The notes under the pieces: generated by a model | The model's database searches: none | What the model was told of the DNA's origin: nothing | What the model saw: only the letters and a program-made list of their open reading frames with translations | In this document: positions 42,182-54,246 of the stretch, in pieces | Layout of the letters: every line of letters begins with the position of its first letter | Position numbering within the stretch: position 1 is the first letter of the stretch | Program-made: the position numbers and the translations under genes | Assembly (NCBI GenBank): GCA_965199825.1 | Contig: OZ241329.1 | Coordinates: 768,001 to 832,000, forward strand | DNA from: Bdellovibrionales bacterium | Lineage (GTDB): Bacteria; Bdellovibrionota; Bdellovibrionia; Bdellovibrionales; UBA1609 | DNA length: 64,000 nt | Reading direction: 5' to 3'

Positions 42182-43453
42182 CTAACGGTAGCTGCGCCAA
42201 AGGAGAAAAGATTTTTGTCTTGATTTTACAACGATCGAAGCAGGAGCTTTGGATTCACTGGTGGGTTGGTTTTCTTCAGAGAGCCCTTGCACAGATACGG
42301 TATGCACGCCCGCGGGCACGAGAATGCGAGCGATCTGAAAGCTTTCGGGCAAAGTGGACCACTGCCTTAAATCGGCCTGATCAGCTAGGTTGAGCCCCAT
42401 CAGTGTAAGTTGACCTAATAGAGGATTTTTTTGTGCAATCTGATCGGCAATCACCACTTTTGTGGCAAGGCCCGCCACTCGCTTCGCAATCAAACCGGCG
42501 TATTGATCATTCAAGGTTTTGATCGAAACATCCTCAACCGAAAAGACATTTTGGGACAAACTTGAGCCTGCCCCTTCGACAATCAGTCGAGCGCCCGTCG
42601 TTTGTGAGCGCACCGGATACAATCTCGGGATTTGGGCAAACTGCGGACTTGGATTTTTGCGCGGGCCCCAGCCTTGCTCATAAATCAAAACGATTTCGCC
42701 ATAATTTTTGTCGCGCCAATGAGGATTTATTTTTTCGCGCGGAAATTGGGCGCGCCATTTTTGAAGTTCTTCGGGCCTTTGGGCAGCCTCAGCTGCGCGA
42801 ATTAAATCGTTATGCAAAAAAGGCATGTTCGGCTGAACTTTAAAAGCATTTACATAATCGATGTAGGCATTGTCGTAATTAAAATCATTTTCCCAAATCA
42901 GAGCCGACAGATAAAATGCAAATGAATTTTGCTCGTAAGGACGCTTGGCTTCGTATCTATATTTATAAAGCTTTTCGTTGAGTCGGCGGGTTTCGACAAG
43001 GGCATTTTCGGAATCGTGGAGCATTAAAAAATTGACCGCAAGCATGGCGTTGATCATCACTTTTTCGTAATCATCCCCTTTGTATTGAATCATACCTTCG
43101 TTCAACACAAGAGATCCGAATTGTCGTGAGATCGAATGGTAATCGACAATGTCTGCGATTTTTTCGGCTTTTAAAAATGCGGCATTACTTTCTTTGTATT
43201 GACCTGCATTCTGCAAAACGGTGCCGTAATCAAAAAGGTAAACCAACTGGTCGTCATTTTCGGCTTCGGCCAAGAGCTTTAAAATATTTGCGGCTTTTTG
43301 CAGTTCGCCGGTGCGAAGAAAAGTGCGCGAGGCCTCAACCTTTGTTTGGTATGAGGCGCAAGCGACTAGGAGAAAGGGCAATAAACAAAATCTATATGCC
43401 AAGGTGTTTCTTTTTAAAGATTTTGCGAATCTGTTTATAATCGGTCCAAACAA
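42182..43453 (-). CDS. COG3014-like TPR lipoprotein (true start probably downstream)
   Basis: LVAC lipobox, YKGDDYE, ADLRQWSTLP; adjacent to lpoB. Confidence 0.75.
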   Translation of the reverse strand: MFGPIINRFAKSLKRNTLAYRFCLLPFLLVACASYQTKVEASRTFLRTGELQKAANILKLLAEAENDDQLVYLFDYGTVLQNAGQYKESNAAFLKAEKIADIVDYHSISRQFGSLVLNEGMIQYKGDDYEKVMINAMLAVNFLMLHDSENALVETRRLNEKLYKYRYEAKRPYEQNSFAFYLSALIWENDFNYDNAYIDYVNAFKVQPNMPFLHNDLIRAAEAAQRPEELQKWRAQFPREKINPHWRDKNYGEIVLIYEQGWGPRKNPSPQFAQIPRLYPVRSQTTGARLIVEGAGSSLSQNVFSVEDVSIKTLNDQYAGLIAKRVAGLATKVVIADQIAQKNPLLGQLTLMGLNLADQADLRQWSTLPESFQIARILVPAGVHTVSVQGLSEENQPTSESKAPASIVVKSRQKSFLLWRSYR

Positions 43454-43976
43454 TCAAACCTGTTTGCAAGTTGGTAAGATTCAAACTCACTTTGTAATAA
43501 ACAGTTTTATCGCGACCAGCCTCTTGAACAATCGAATCGAGTCGGCCATTTAATATAAAATCGGCTGCGGTTTGTTGACCTTTGTTTTTACGAGTCTCGC
43601 GTGAAGCATTTTCGGATTGGTAGTCGATCTCGTTTGCCATATCTTCGCGAGCCGATTTATCCACAAAAGATAATTTTCCAGAACGCATCAGCTCGGCGGT
43701 AATCATGTCGGTGATGCTTTGAGTATCAATAATCTCACTGGTTTTGTTTTGTAACTTTGTGACCATCACAACCGGAACTCGTTTTGCCGACATCACCGCA
43801 TTCGAATTTTCAGCACTTGAGACCAACGCCTTAACAGCGTTTTGCATATCACTCTCAGACCACTGGTCAGTGAGCAAATTTGTTTTTTCAACATTGGTAT
43901 CATAATCGCCTTTTACAAAAGCGCTCGGTCCACAGGCGGTTAAAAACATCAAACATAAAACCAAAATCTTTTTCAT
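43392..43976 (-). CDS. lpoB: Penicillin-binding protein activator LpoB
   Basis: LTAC lipobox, NKTSEIIDT, ADFILNG, TGLIVW. Confidence 0.8.
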   Translation of the reverse strand: MKKILVLCLMFLTACGPSAFVKGDYDTNVEKTNLLTDQWSESDMQNAVKALVSSAENSNAVMSAKRVPVVMVTKLQNKTSEIIDTQSITDMITAELMRSGKLSFVDKSAREDMANEIDYQSENASRETRKNKGQQTAADFILNGRLDSIVQEAGRDKTVYYKVSLNLTNLQTGLIVWTDYKQIRKIFKKKHLGI

Positions 43977-44107
43977 ATAAGGTCTCCTCGTGGGCACATG
44001 ATACGAGAAGCCAATGACCGAAGGCAATGCGATTTCGGACTCATCTCAGTGGCATTGTGAATTACATTCGTTCACATCGCGGTTGGCATTTTGCTTCAAG
44101 CCGACAT

Positions 44108-44494
44108 ATGGCAAAGCAATCTGTTTTGATAACGACGAGCCAAGATGCAGCGCTTCATCTTCGCAAACTCATCAGTTATGAGGTCGAGGAATTATGGATT
44201 CTCGCACTCGCCTCAAACTGCACCCTTTTGCGAAAGCAGTGTTTGTTTCGTGGAACTGTAGATGAATGTTTAGTGCATCCCAGAGAGATTTTTAGATTTG
44301 CGGTATTAGCGCGAGCCTCATCTCTGGTTCTTGCCCACTCACATCCCAGCGGCGAGTGTTTTCCATCAGAGGCCGATGTTTCATTTACCCAGCGCATATT
44401 AAAAGCGAGCGAGCTTTTTCAAATCCCAGTTGTTGATCATTTAATTTTAACCCGAACCGCCCACTTTAGCTTTAGTGATCGGCTTTGGCTTTAG
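44108..44494 (+). CDS. RadC-like JAB domain protein (JAB domain only)
   Basis: GTVDECLVHPREIF, AHSHPSG...PSEAD, DHLIL. Confidence 0.88.
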   Translation: MAKQSVLITTSQDAALHLRKLISYEVEELWILALASNCTLLRKQCLFRGTVDECLVHPREIFRFAVLARASSLVLAHSHPSGECFPSEADVSFTQRILKASELFQIPVVDHLILTRTAHFSFSDRLWL

Positions 44495-45018
44495 CGAGGG
44501 GACTTTCTAATTTTTTGAACTTTGATCACTTCGGACTGATCATTGAGGACCACGTGGTAACCACCTTCACGGGCATTTTCGACAAACTCTTTTAGATAAG
44601 CTTTGTTTAAATTTTTATTGTATTCGCTCATAAATTTTTTGAGCTCGATTTCTTGTTCGATTCGATCTTCGGCGGTAGGCGAGCTGGGGCGTCGGTCCAG
44701 CTGGACATCTTTGACCGCCTTCATTCCGAGATCTTCGGTTGCTAGAGTAATCCCCGACATCCGATCTGATTCGGATGACATTGTCGAATTCTCGCCCAAT
44801 TTAGGAGCGGTCATCTGATTTTCGAGTTGAGCTTTCATTTGTTGAAATTCAATTTTTTTGGCAACATCTTGAAGTGAACGATTCAAACTTTCATTATTTT
44901 GTTTGGCCTGTTTTTGTTTTACGACTTGATGATCTTTATCCAAAAAAATACTCAAGAGCATTAAACCCAGAAGTGTGCAGATTCCGATTGTTAAATATTT
45001 CTCGTTTTGAGACGGCAT
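44491..45018 (-). CDS. Hypothetical membrane-anchored coiled-coil protein
   Basis: N-terminal TM; GGAG RBS. Confidence 0.7.
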   Translation of the reverse strand: MPSQNEKYLTIGICTLLGLMLLSIFLDKDHQVVKQKQAKQNNESLNRSLQDVAKKIEFQQMKAQLENQMTAPKLGENSTMSSESDRMSGITLATEDLGMKAVKDVQLDRRPSSPTAEDRIEQEIELKKFMSEYNKNLNKAYLKEFVENAREGGYHVVLNDQSEVIKVQKIRKSPR

Positions 45019-45111
45019 GGTGTGCTCCTTCTGTCATACTAAAGAGCAAACTCAGAGCCGGCCCAGCTCTTTTGAGTTGAAGAGCTGTGATCAAAATTCA
45101 AACAGTGCAAA

Positions 45112-45624
45112 TTATTTGGTGAGTTTGGAGAGCGCAAGACCGTGCAGGATTGAGGCATAGCCAGAGCTTGCAAGAAAGAAATTCTTCTGCATTTTGGGAG
45201 CAAGTTTCGAATACTCCGACATCGGAAATTTTATGATTACCAGATTTTTTCGAGAGAGTCGCTTGAGTTGCTGAAGCTGTCGAAATGCGTTTGCATCCAA
45301 AACGGTTTTTAAAGATAAAACCAAAACGTATTCACCCTGCGATTCGTAGCAATCGAGGTAAAAATAATCATACTCACCCTGTTTAAATTCGACCAATTCA
45401 TAATCCGGACCAAATTTAGAAAGTGCCATTGAATGAATGAGGCTTATCGGAGCTTGATCACTCACTGCGATAATTAAATCTTTGTCGGATTCGATTCGGA
45501 CATGTTGCTGTTCGATGTATTCGTAAATCAAATAATCGGTGGGAATGGCTTGAAGCAAATCGGCACAACCAAAATTTGATGCCACCGCACTTTGCAGCAA
45601 CATGATCAAACTAAATAGAATCAA
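45112..45624 (-). CDS. Hypothetical secreted protein
   Basis: Signal peptide followed by GCADLL. Confidence 0.6.
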   Translation of the reverse strand: MILFSLIMLLQSAVASNFGCADLLQAIPTDYLIYEYIEQQHVRIESDKDLIIAVSDQAPISLIHSMALSKFGPDYELVEFKQGEYDYFYLDCYESQGEYVLVLSLKTVLDANAFRQLQQLKRLSRKNLVIIKFPMSEYSKLAPKMQKNFFLASSGYASILHGLALSKLTK

Positions 45625-45646
45625 TTTTCCCCCGGTGGCGTTCTAT

Positions 45647-47581
45647 TTATTCAACATCAAGAACGATTGGTAATTCAATCTGAAATTCGGTTCCACGCCG
45701 GGGTTCAGAACTGACACGAATCTCACCGCCATGCTTTTGAACGATACCATATGAAATACTCAAACCTAGACCTGTTCCTTGTCCAACAGACTTTGTGGTA
45801 AAAAATGGATCAAAGATCTTTTCTTGGGTCGCCTTCGACATGCCCTCACCGGTGTCACGAATCGTAATTAAAATTCTGGTTTTTTTAAGGGACTTTGTTG
45901 AAATAAAAATTTTGCCTTCGCCCTTTATGGCTTGAGCTGCATTCGAGAGAATGTTCATAAACACCTGATTAAGCTGACTGGGATGACACATGATCAAAGG
46001 AATTTTCCCAAAGTCTTTGACCACTTCGATCCTATTTTTAAGCTCGCCGGTCAAAAGCTGTAGTGTCGCATTGAGACCTTCGTGCACATCCACTTCTTTG
46101 ACCTGAGCCTCCTCCAGTCGCGAAAAATTGCGCAGTCCAATCACAATATCCCGGGTTCGGCGGGCGCCATCTTCGCAACTTTGGATTAATCGGGGCAGGT
46201 CCTTTTTGATATAATCAAAGTCCATCTCATCTTTGGCTTTTTCTAATTTGGTCGCCGATTTTTCGGCAATTTGGATCAGCTTGATTAATTTTTCGGTATA
46301 CTCACGGAGGTGGGCCATATTTGAATAAATAAACCCTATTGGATTATTTAATTCATGGGCAATGCCAGCAACCAATTGTCCAAGGCTTGCCATCTTGGCG
46401 GTATGAACGAGTCGTACTTGAGTGTCGCGGATTTCGACATTGGCTTTTTCGAGCTCATTGATTTTATTTTTCAATAGCTGCTGAGCCTCAAATATGCGGC
46501 CCGACATTTGGTTAAAGCTCTCGGTCAAAAGCCCAAGTTCGGTATTTTGGGTTTTGGGCAGCTGCACTTTTTCATTTTGAAAATCTGTTTTTTCGAATGC
46601 TTCAAGAACATCATAAAGCGGCTTTAGTAATATCCTCGAGATGATCACGCTGAGGGCGATCAGCAAAATCACAATCACCCCAAGCACAGTTAAAAAAGCG
46701 TAATTTACATTTTGTAAGACCGCATGGGCCGAAGTTTTTGAAGCCCCAAGGCCGAGCTCCAGTTTTGATTCACCCCACTTGAGTTGTTGCATCATGAATT
46801 GAAACGGCTCACCCTGCAGTTTGATTTCAAAAAATCCAGAATCTCTCGCAAGACTTAAAATTTGGCTCGGGTTATAACTTGAAAGAAACGGCGTAGTGGT
46901 CAAAACGTTTTCGCCATTTTGTTCAAACAAAACAATTTCGAGCTTTAAGCGATTTTTTAAATTGGTGATAAATGTTTCATCAAGTGAGATCACCTCTTCG
47001 AGGTAGCCCACCAAGCGACCGGTGCTATTTTTTAATTTCTTAAAGAACACCAAATCAATTCGTCCATTGAGCGATGTTTTTGTTTTATCAAAATGAAATT
47101 CTGCGGGCATCAGCTCTGCACGGTCTTGCGACTCTTTCAAAAACTTTTCGTTCAGATAAAAATCGGCATCTTCAAGATTTTGCTTCCGCTCGATACTGCC
47201 CTTTGCGGTGCGATAGGGAGCGACTTGGAGTCTCCCATCCCGATTGTAAATCCAAATCCGGTGGGCAAAGCTGGTGTTGAGCCATTTGACCGTAAGATCT
47301 TTTGCCACACTCAGTTGGTTGGTCGATAGGGAATACAGCAAGGACGCATCGGTGGAGTGGCGGCGGCCCTCAGTGGTCAGATTGCTTTGCATGTCTTGCA
47401 GGATCGCTTCGATTTCACGCCCATTGCCGCGCAAACGTTTGCTCAACTCTTGATCGATGGCTTGCTCGTATTTTATGATTGAGTAAATCGAGAGCACCGC
47501 AAGCGGCACAATCGAAAACAATAAAAAGCAAAGCATCAGAATCGCACGAAGTGATTTTTGCGGATTTTTTTTGAAAGGCAT
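45647..47581 (-). CDS. Periplasmic-sensor HAMP histidine kinase
   Basis: AHELNNP, QVFMNILSNA, DTGEGM, PFFTTK, GTGLGL. Confidence 0.94.
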   Translation of the reverse strand: MPFKKNPQKSLRAILMLCFLLFSIVPLAVLSIYSIIKYEQAIDQELSKRLRGNGREIEAILQDMQSNLTTEGRRHSTDASLLYSLSTNQLSVAKDLTVKWLNTSFAHRIWIYNRDGRLQVAPYRTAKGSIERKQNLEDADFYLNEKFLKESQDRAELMPAEFHFDKTKTSLNGRIDLVFFKKLKNSTGRLVGYLEEVISLDETFITNLKNRLKLEIVLFEQNGENVLTTTPFLSSYNPSQILSLARDSGFFEIKLQGEPFQFMMQQLKWGESKLELGLGASKTSAHAVLQNVNYAFLTVLGVIVILLIALSVIISRILLKPLYDVLEAFEKTDFQNEKVQLPKTQNTELGLLTESFNQMSGRIFEAQQLLKNKINELEKANVEIRDTQVRLVHTAKMASLGQLVAGIAHELNNPIGFIYSNMAHLREYTEKLIKLIQIAEKSATKLEKAKDEMDFDYIKKDLPRLIQSCEDGARRTRDIVIGLRNFSRLEEAQVKEVDVHEGLNATLQLLTGELKNRIEVVKDFGKIPLIMCHPSQLNQVFMNILSNAAQAIKGEGKIFISTKSLKKTRILITIRDTGEGMSKATQEKIFDPFFTTKSVGQGTGLGLSISYGIVQKHGGEIRVSSEPRRGTEFQIELPIVLDVE

Positions 47582-47589
47582 CTTTCCCG

Positions 47590-48488
47590 TTATTGCTGAA
47601 GGCTCTTATCTTCAACCCATAGGATAATCCGAATTTGGCCTTGAGGCATAACTCGAGGATGACTCTCCTTAGAGATCCGGACTGGACCAACGGCCTCGAG
47701 GCGATTTTTTAGCGCCTCAAAATTCGCTTGAGGAATTTTAAAGTGATAATACTTTCCACCCGGTTTGTGCCAACCAAGCTCCACCGTTCCGGCTTTTAAT
47801 CCACCAAGCGAGAGGATCGCCGCGCGAATCTGATCGCCCACTTGCTCGGTATCTTCAAACGCCATAAAGGCCCGAAATAAAACGCCCTTGGCTGGACCCT
47901 TTGCAGGGGGCCCTTCTTCAAGAGCTTCATCCTTGGCAATTTGGGCTGCCGATAATTCTTTAACATGATCAGGTGGTTTGATTACCGGAGCTTCGGTGAG
48001 AGGAATAGCAACAGGTGCTGCCGCAACTGCCACAGGGGCAACGATCTTTTCTTTTTTGGCTTCAACAAGAGTGATGTCATTGGGATGTTGAGGAATCAGC
48101 TTTGCGAATTTGGACCACGGAAGAGTGATCGCAATGCCGGCCACCAAGATCGAAATTCCCAAGGCCTCAAGACCCCAGCGCAAAAAGTCGGGCCAGTTTT
48201 TTGGATTTAACGACTGCACCGCACGCTCGCCCTTGGATCGCATATTTAAAATGCTATCGATCAGAGCTGTATCCATTTTTAGATTTTTAAGTTCATCGCA
48301 AATTTGTATGCCGCGCTCAAGATTTTCGAGCTCAGATTTTGTTTCGTCACAATCAGGAATAAATTCGATCAAGGCTTGCTTACGTTCCTCATCTAAATGG
48401 CCCACCACGTACTCATACAAAAGTTCTTGGGCCATAAAGCGCGAAAGAAGACGCGACTTCTTTTTTTTAAGAGGTGTCACTTCTAAAT

Positions 48489-48492
<4 letters not shown>
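47590..48492 (-). CDS. Hypothetical single-TM protein, anti-sigma-like topology
   Basis: ELLYEY..G.LD..R N-terminus resembling a degenerate anti-sigma domain; TM; follows sigma-like ORF. Confidence 0.55.
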
Positions 48493-49996
<1,504 letters not shown>

Positions 49997-50054
49997 CTAT
50001 AAAAGTCTCTTTAGGACTTTAGAGCAATCTTAAAATTGGAGTCAATACGCCAGT

Positions 50055-51707
50055 TTAGCTCATGAAATGACTGTCAGCGTTATCGACCCACCCCATCTCA
50101 TGATGAAGATGAGTTTTGAGCTTGGTTTTTTCAACCGAAAAATCGGTCTGACCCAATTTTTCTGTAAAGACTTTTGCTAAAGCTTCAAACATAAAAAAGC
50201 CATGATTTTTTTTGGCTAAAAATAATGGAGTTCGTCTTAGGTAAAAATCGGTGAGGTTCAAACACTGAGTGTGATCAATCGCAAAGTCGGCTTCGGCCAT
50301 CCAATATGCCGCTTCTAAATCGCTGGTTGAAACTTTCCAACGTGTCATCCGAGTTAAAATTTCGAGCGCTTCATAACCATGACGACTGATGGCTCGTTTG
50401 ACCAAATCTTGAGGAATATGAGTTTCTTGCGACCACGCTTCGATATTCGAATTCGCCTTGGCCATGCGCTCTGGCGATGCCAAAGGATTTAAGGGCTCGG
50501 TGGTTTTTGTGCGACCAAACTGAATTTTTTTATCCACCGGAAAAAACCGCAAAACTTTTTTTACCGTCTGCTCGGCCATATGACGATAAGTTGTATACTT
50601 ACCCCCCGACACAACGGTTAACCCCTCATCGGTTGTGAAAATCACATGTTCACGGCTGACTTTGCTTTCGGATTCAGATCCATCCGCAATCAAAGGCCTG
50701 ACACCCGAATAGCTCGCAATCACATCTGCAACCGTTAACTTGGCGAGCGGAAAATAATCATTGGCGATCTTTAATAAATAATCCACATCACGAGTTTCGG
50801 TTTTGACCGTACTGGGATCACCCTTAAAATCGGTGTCGGTTGTGCCAACGATCACCATCTCTTCTCGAGGAATCGCAAAAATCACCCGATCTTCTTTTTC
50901 GAGCGCCATAACCACCGCATCTTCGAGTGGAAATCGCTCGCGCGAAAAAGTCAGATGAATTCCCTTTGTGGGCCGCATCCGATTTTTCCACTGATGATCA
51001 ATTTTTTGATTGAGCAAATCGGTCCATGGCCCCACAGCCGACACAAAATGGCGCCCACGAATTACAAACTCTTGTTTTGAAATTTCATCGCGTGCATTGA
51101 TCGATGTGATTTTACCATTTTCAAAATTAGCACCAAGAGCGCTCACGTAATTTGCACACTGAGCACCATAACTAAAAGCCGAGCGCATTGTCTCATGGAC
51201 TAAGCGATCGTCATCCATATAGGCATCGTAATAGGAATAGGCGCACAATAAATCAGATTGGTTTAACCAGGGAACCACCTCTTTGACCTCGTCCACATTG
51301 AGCTTTTGATGCAGTTCTGGAGCATCAAACAGTGCAAGGGCATCATAAAGCCACATGCCAAGACTCATAATAAATGGGCGCACTCGGCCCGAGCGATAAA
51401 GGGGTAAAACAAATTTAAGCGGATGGACAAGATGGGGCGCGATATCAAACAGCAACCTTCGTTCACGCAAAGCCTCAAACACCAATCCAAATTCAAAATT
51501 TTCGAGATAGCGAATGCCACCATGAATCAGCTTACTTGATCTTGAGCTTGTACCAGCCGAAAAATCTTGCTGGTCGATAAGCGCCACAGACATTCCGCGG
51601 CTTGCGGCATCGCGAGCGACACCAGCGCCGGTTATTCCACCGCCGACCACAACGAGATCAAATGTCTTTTGTTTAAAATTCTCAATGGCTTTTGATCTCG
51701 AAAACAT
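50055..51707 (-). CDS. glpD: FAD-dependent glycerol-3-phosphate dehydrogenase
   Basis: GGGITG, GTSSRSSKLIHGGIRYL, GTTD, GGKYTTYR. Confidence 0.93.
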   Translation of the reverse strand: MFSRSKAIENFKQKTFDLVVVGGGITGAGVARDAASRGMSVALIDQQDFSAGTSSRSSKLIHGGIRYLENFEFGLVFEALRERRLLFDIAPHLVHPLKFVLPLYRSGRVRPFIMSLGMWLYDALALFDAPELHQKLNVDEVKEVVPWLNQSDLLCAYSYYDAYMDDDRLVHETMRSAFSYGAQCANYVSALGANFENGKITSINARDEISKQEFVIRGRHFVSAVGPWTDLLNQKIDHQWKNRMRPTKGIHLTFSRERFPLEDAVVMALEKEDRVIFAIPREEMVIVGTTDTDFKGDPSTVKTETRDVDYLLKIANDYFPLAKLTVADVIASYSGVRPLIADGSESESKVSREHVIFTTDEGLTVVSGGKYTTYRHMAEQTVKKVLRFFPVDKKIQFGRTKTTEPLNPLASPERMAKANSNIEAWSQETHIPQDLVKRAISRHGYEALEILTRMTRWKVSTSDLEAAYWMAEADFAIDHTQCLNLTDFYLRRTPLFLAKKNHGFFMFEALAKVFTEKLGQTDFSVEKTKLKTHLHHEMGWVDNADSHFMS

Positions 51708-51713
51708 ATGACC

Positions 51714-52166
51714 TCAAATCATTTTTGAGGTGCGCACCGCAAAGACTTTTTCTTTTGAGAGCTCACCTTTTAATAGACTGTCATAAGATTCAGACTCAGA
51801 AAAGAGGCAGCGTTGAAAATGTTTTTCTCGCGACAGACGAATCGCCGTATTGGCAAGCTGGAGCGCAATTTCGGGGTTTAAAAAATTCATCGTCTCCACC
51901 CACAAGGTCTGGGTCAGCCCTTGGTAAAACAATAAGGGCTGGGCTAAAAAATAACCCAAAAGTTGATCTTGATCAAAAAGACCAAAGCTCCAACCCAATG
52001 GGAGATAGTGGCTCAATGATTCATCTCTTGATCTTGAATGCCACTGGGCAAATTGCAGCTCCATCGGATCATTCTGCGATTGAGAAAGTACATTTTGATC
52101 AAAGCTTTTAAGTTGTTCGCGATGCTGTTCGGTTAAAATAATAAATTCCATGTCTTTGGCTAGCAC
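51714..52166 (-). CDS. Hypothetical protein (GNAT-like fold possible)
   Basis: 150 aa ORF co-oriented with glpD. Confidence 0.65.
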   Translation of the reverse strand: MLAKDMEFIILTEQHREQLKSFDQNVLSQSQNDPMELQFAQWHSRSRDESLSHYLPLGWSFGLFDQDQLLGYFLAQPLLFYQGLTQTLWVETMNFLNPEIALQLANTAIRLSREKHFQRCLFSESESYDSLLKGELSKEKVFAVRTSKMI

Positions 52167-52207
52167 GTCACTAGACGAACGAAAAGGTCTCTGTTGTAAT
52201 CCTTAAG

Positions 52208-52942
52208 ATGACACCACAAAAATTATCCCAAATTTTAAAAGCGGTCGATGACGTCCTTAACTCTACTCCCCCGCCACACTACGCCGCATTTGATGCCGAT
52301 GGCACTTTGTGGAACACCGATTTAGGCGAGGCGCTTTTTAAATATCAAATCAAGCATCACCTTGTGCCGCTTCCGCCCAAAGCTTTCGAATATTATTTTG
52401 AAACAAAAGAAAATGTGTCCCACGAAAAAGCCTACCTCTGGCTTGCCCAAATCAACAAAGGGGTGTCACTGGAACAAGTGCGGGCTTGGGCAAAAACATC
52501 GGTGAATGAACTTGATCCTGTACCCGTGTTTGAAAATCAAAAAATCTTGATTGAGCATTTGGTAAAACGAAACGTAAAGGTTTTTATCGTAACTGCTTCA
52601 ATCAAGTGGGCGGTTGAGCCAGGTGCCCGGTTTTTTGGTTTAAATTACGACAATGTGATCGGCATTCGCACTAAGGTGAACGATGGTATCATTACCGATG
52701 TTCAAGAGGGACCTCTCACTTATCGCAAAGGAAAGGTGGATGCTTTGTTGATCGAAACCGGAGGAAAGCCCCCATTTTTATCTTCAGGCAACACCGAAGG
52801 CGATCTTTCGTTGCTTGAATCGGCCACACATCTTCGGATCGTGATGGCAGCCTCACCAAAATCAAATGATAATTATCAAACCGAGCGGCGCTTACTCGAT
52901 ATCGCCAAAGAGCGCGGCTGGTTTTATCACGACTTTTTATAA
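52208..52942 (+). CDS. HAD-family hydrolase (SerB-like)
   Basis: FDADGTLW, IVTAS, GKV, GNTEGD. Confidence 0.88.
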   Translation: MTPQKLSQILKAVDDVLNSTPPPHYAAFDADGTLWNTDLGEALFKYQIKHHLVPLPPKAFEYYFETKENVSHEKAYLWLAQINKGVSLEQVRAWAKTSVNELDPVPVFENQKILIEHLVKRNVKVFIVTASIKWAVEPGARFFGLNYDNVIGIRTKVNDGIITDVQEGPLTYRKGKVDALLIETGGKPPFLSSGNTEGDLSLLESATHLRIVMAASPKSNDNYQTERRLLDIAKERGWFYHDFL

Positions 52943-54244
52943 ACTCTCGAGTGTATGAATATCTTTTGGTGCTTGTGCGGTCATCACCTCGCATCCGGTA
53001 TCGGTCACAAGCACATTGTCCTCGATACGAATGCCGATTCCGCGCAATTCTTTGGGCGCTGTTTCGTCAGACGCCGGAATATAAATTCCTGGCTCAATCG
53101 TAAAGGTCATCGAAGCTTCAAGCTTGCGGGGTTGACCATCAGTCTCGGTCAAACCTGCATCATGAACATCCATACCTAAAAAATGCCCCACCCCATGAGG
53201 ATAATATTTTTTAAAAGACTGATCAGCAATGCGGTCTTTACGAGTTCCACGCAGCAGCCCCTCTTCAATCATCAGATCGGTGAGATACTCAACGGTTCGA
53301 TCTTGCATGCTTCGCAAAGTGACTCCAGGCTTAACCACCGCAATCAGTTCTTTTTGCAATTTTAAGATGCGTTCGTAAAGCCGACGCTGGGGTTGATTAA
53401 ATTTTTCAGACACAGGAAAAGTTCTGGTAATATCCCCACCAAAATAATTGTACTCGGCTCCTGCATCGACCAAAAGCAAATCGCCCGCTTTCAGATTTTC
53501 ATCATTAAAAACATAATGCAGAGTTGTCGCCGCATCGCCACCCGCAACAATCGAGCCATAGCCCTCGCGTGTAGCCCCGCGCTCAAGAATTGCCTTTAAA
53601 AAAACACCTTGAAGAGTGCGTTCATTGACCCCGGGCTTAGTGGCCTTCATCACTTCGACGTGAGCCTCCGCAGTAATTTGACAAGCTCGCTTAAGCCACT
53701 CGATTTCTATTTTTGATTTCCGAACACGCATTTCACCAAGTAAAGGTGTTGCATCATGAATCGCGGGCAATCCTTTACCGCTTCGACCGCGCTTGGCTTT
53801 GATTGACTCAAGAATTTTTAGAAACTGAGAATCGAATTCGCGATTTTTAAAAAAACTATAATAAATGTCATCCACTTCGTTCAACAGCTCAGGCACCATC
53901 TTTTCGATTTGATCAAAGGTGTAACATTGATCCATCGCAAATAAATCTTTGGCCGCATCAGGACCGTAGCGAAAGCCGTCCCAGGTTTCACGTTCGAGAT
54001 CTTTTTTGCGCACAAATAAAACAGATTCGGGATTTCTGCCAGGGCGAAAAACAAAAAGACTTTCGGGCTCATCAAATGCGGTTAAATAAAATAAGTTTGT
54101 ATCTTGCCTGTACGGATGATGCACATCATGATTGCGAATCATCTCAGGGTGTGAGGCAATCACCAGTGCCTTACCGGTCATGCGATGAGCAAGTTCGAGT
54201 CGTCTATTTTTGAAGTAAGAAATTTCAACCGTGGGAATTCTCAT
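52937..54244 (-). CDS. pepP: Xaa-Pro aminopeptidase
   Basis: TLHY, DAGAE, DITRT, HGVGHFLGMDVHD, TIEPG, GIRIED. Confidence 0.95.
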   Translation of the reverse strand: MRIPTVEISYFKNRRLELAHRMTGKALVIASHPEMIRNHDVHHPYRQDTNLFYLTAFDEPESLFVFRPGRNPESVLFVRKKDLERETWDGFRYGPDAAKDLFAMDQCYTFDQIEKMVPELLNEVDDIYYSFFKNREFDSQFLKILESIKAKRGRSGKGLPAIHDATPLLGEMRVRKSKIEIEWLKRACQITAEAHVEVMKATKPGVNERTLQGVFLKAILERGATREGYGSIVAGGDAATTLHYVFNDENLKAGDLLLVDAGAEYNYFGGDITRTFPVSEKFNQPQRRLYERILKLQKELIAVVKPGVTLRSMQDRTVEYLTDLMIEEGLLRGTRKDRIADQSFKKYYPHGVGHFLGMDVHDAGLTETDGQPRKLEASMTFTIEPGIYIPASDETAPKELRGIGIRIEDNVLVTDTGCEVMTAQAPKDIHTLESL

Positions 54245-54246
54245 TT

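Noticed and set aside
44108..44494. RadC as a marker of a mobile element
   Set aside because: No integrase, att site or other mobile genes nearby
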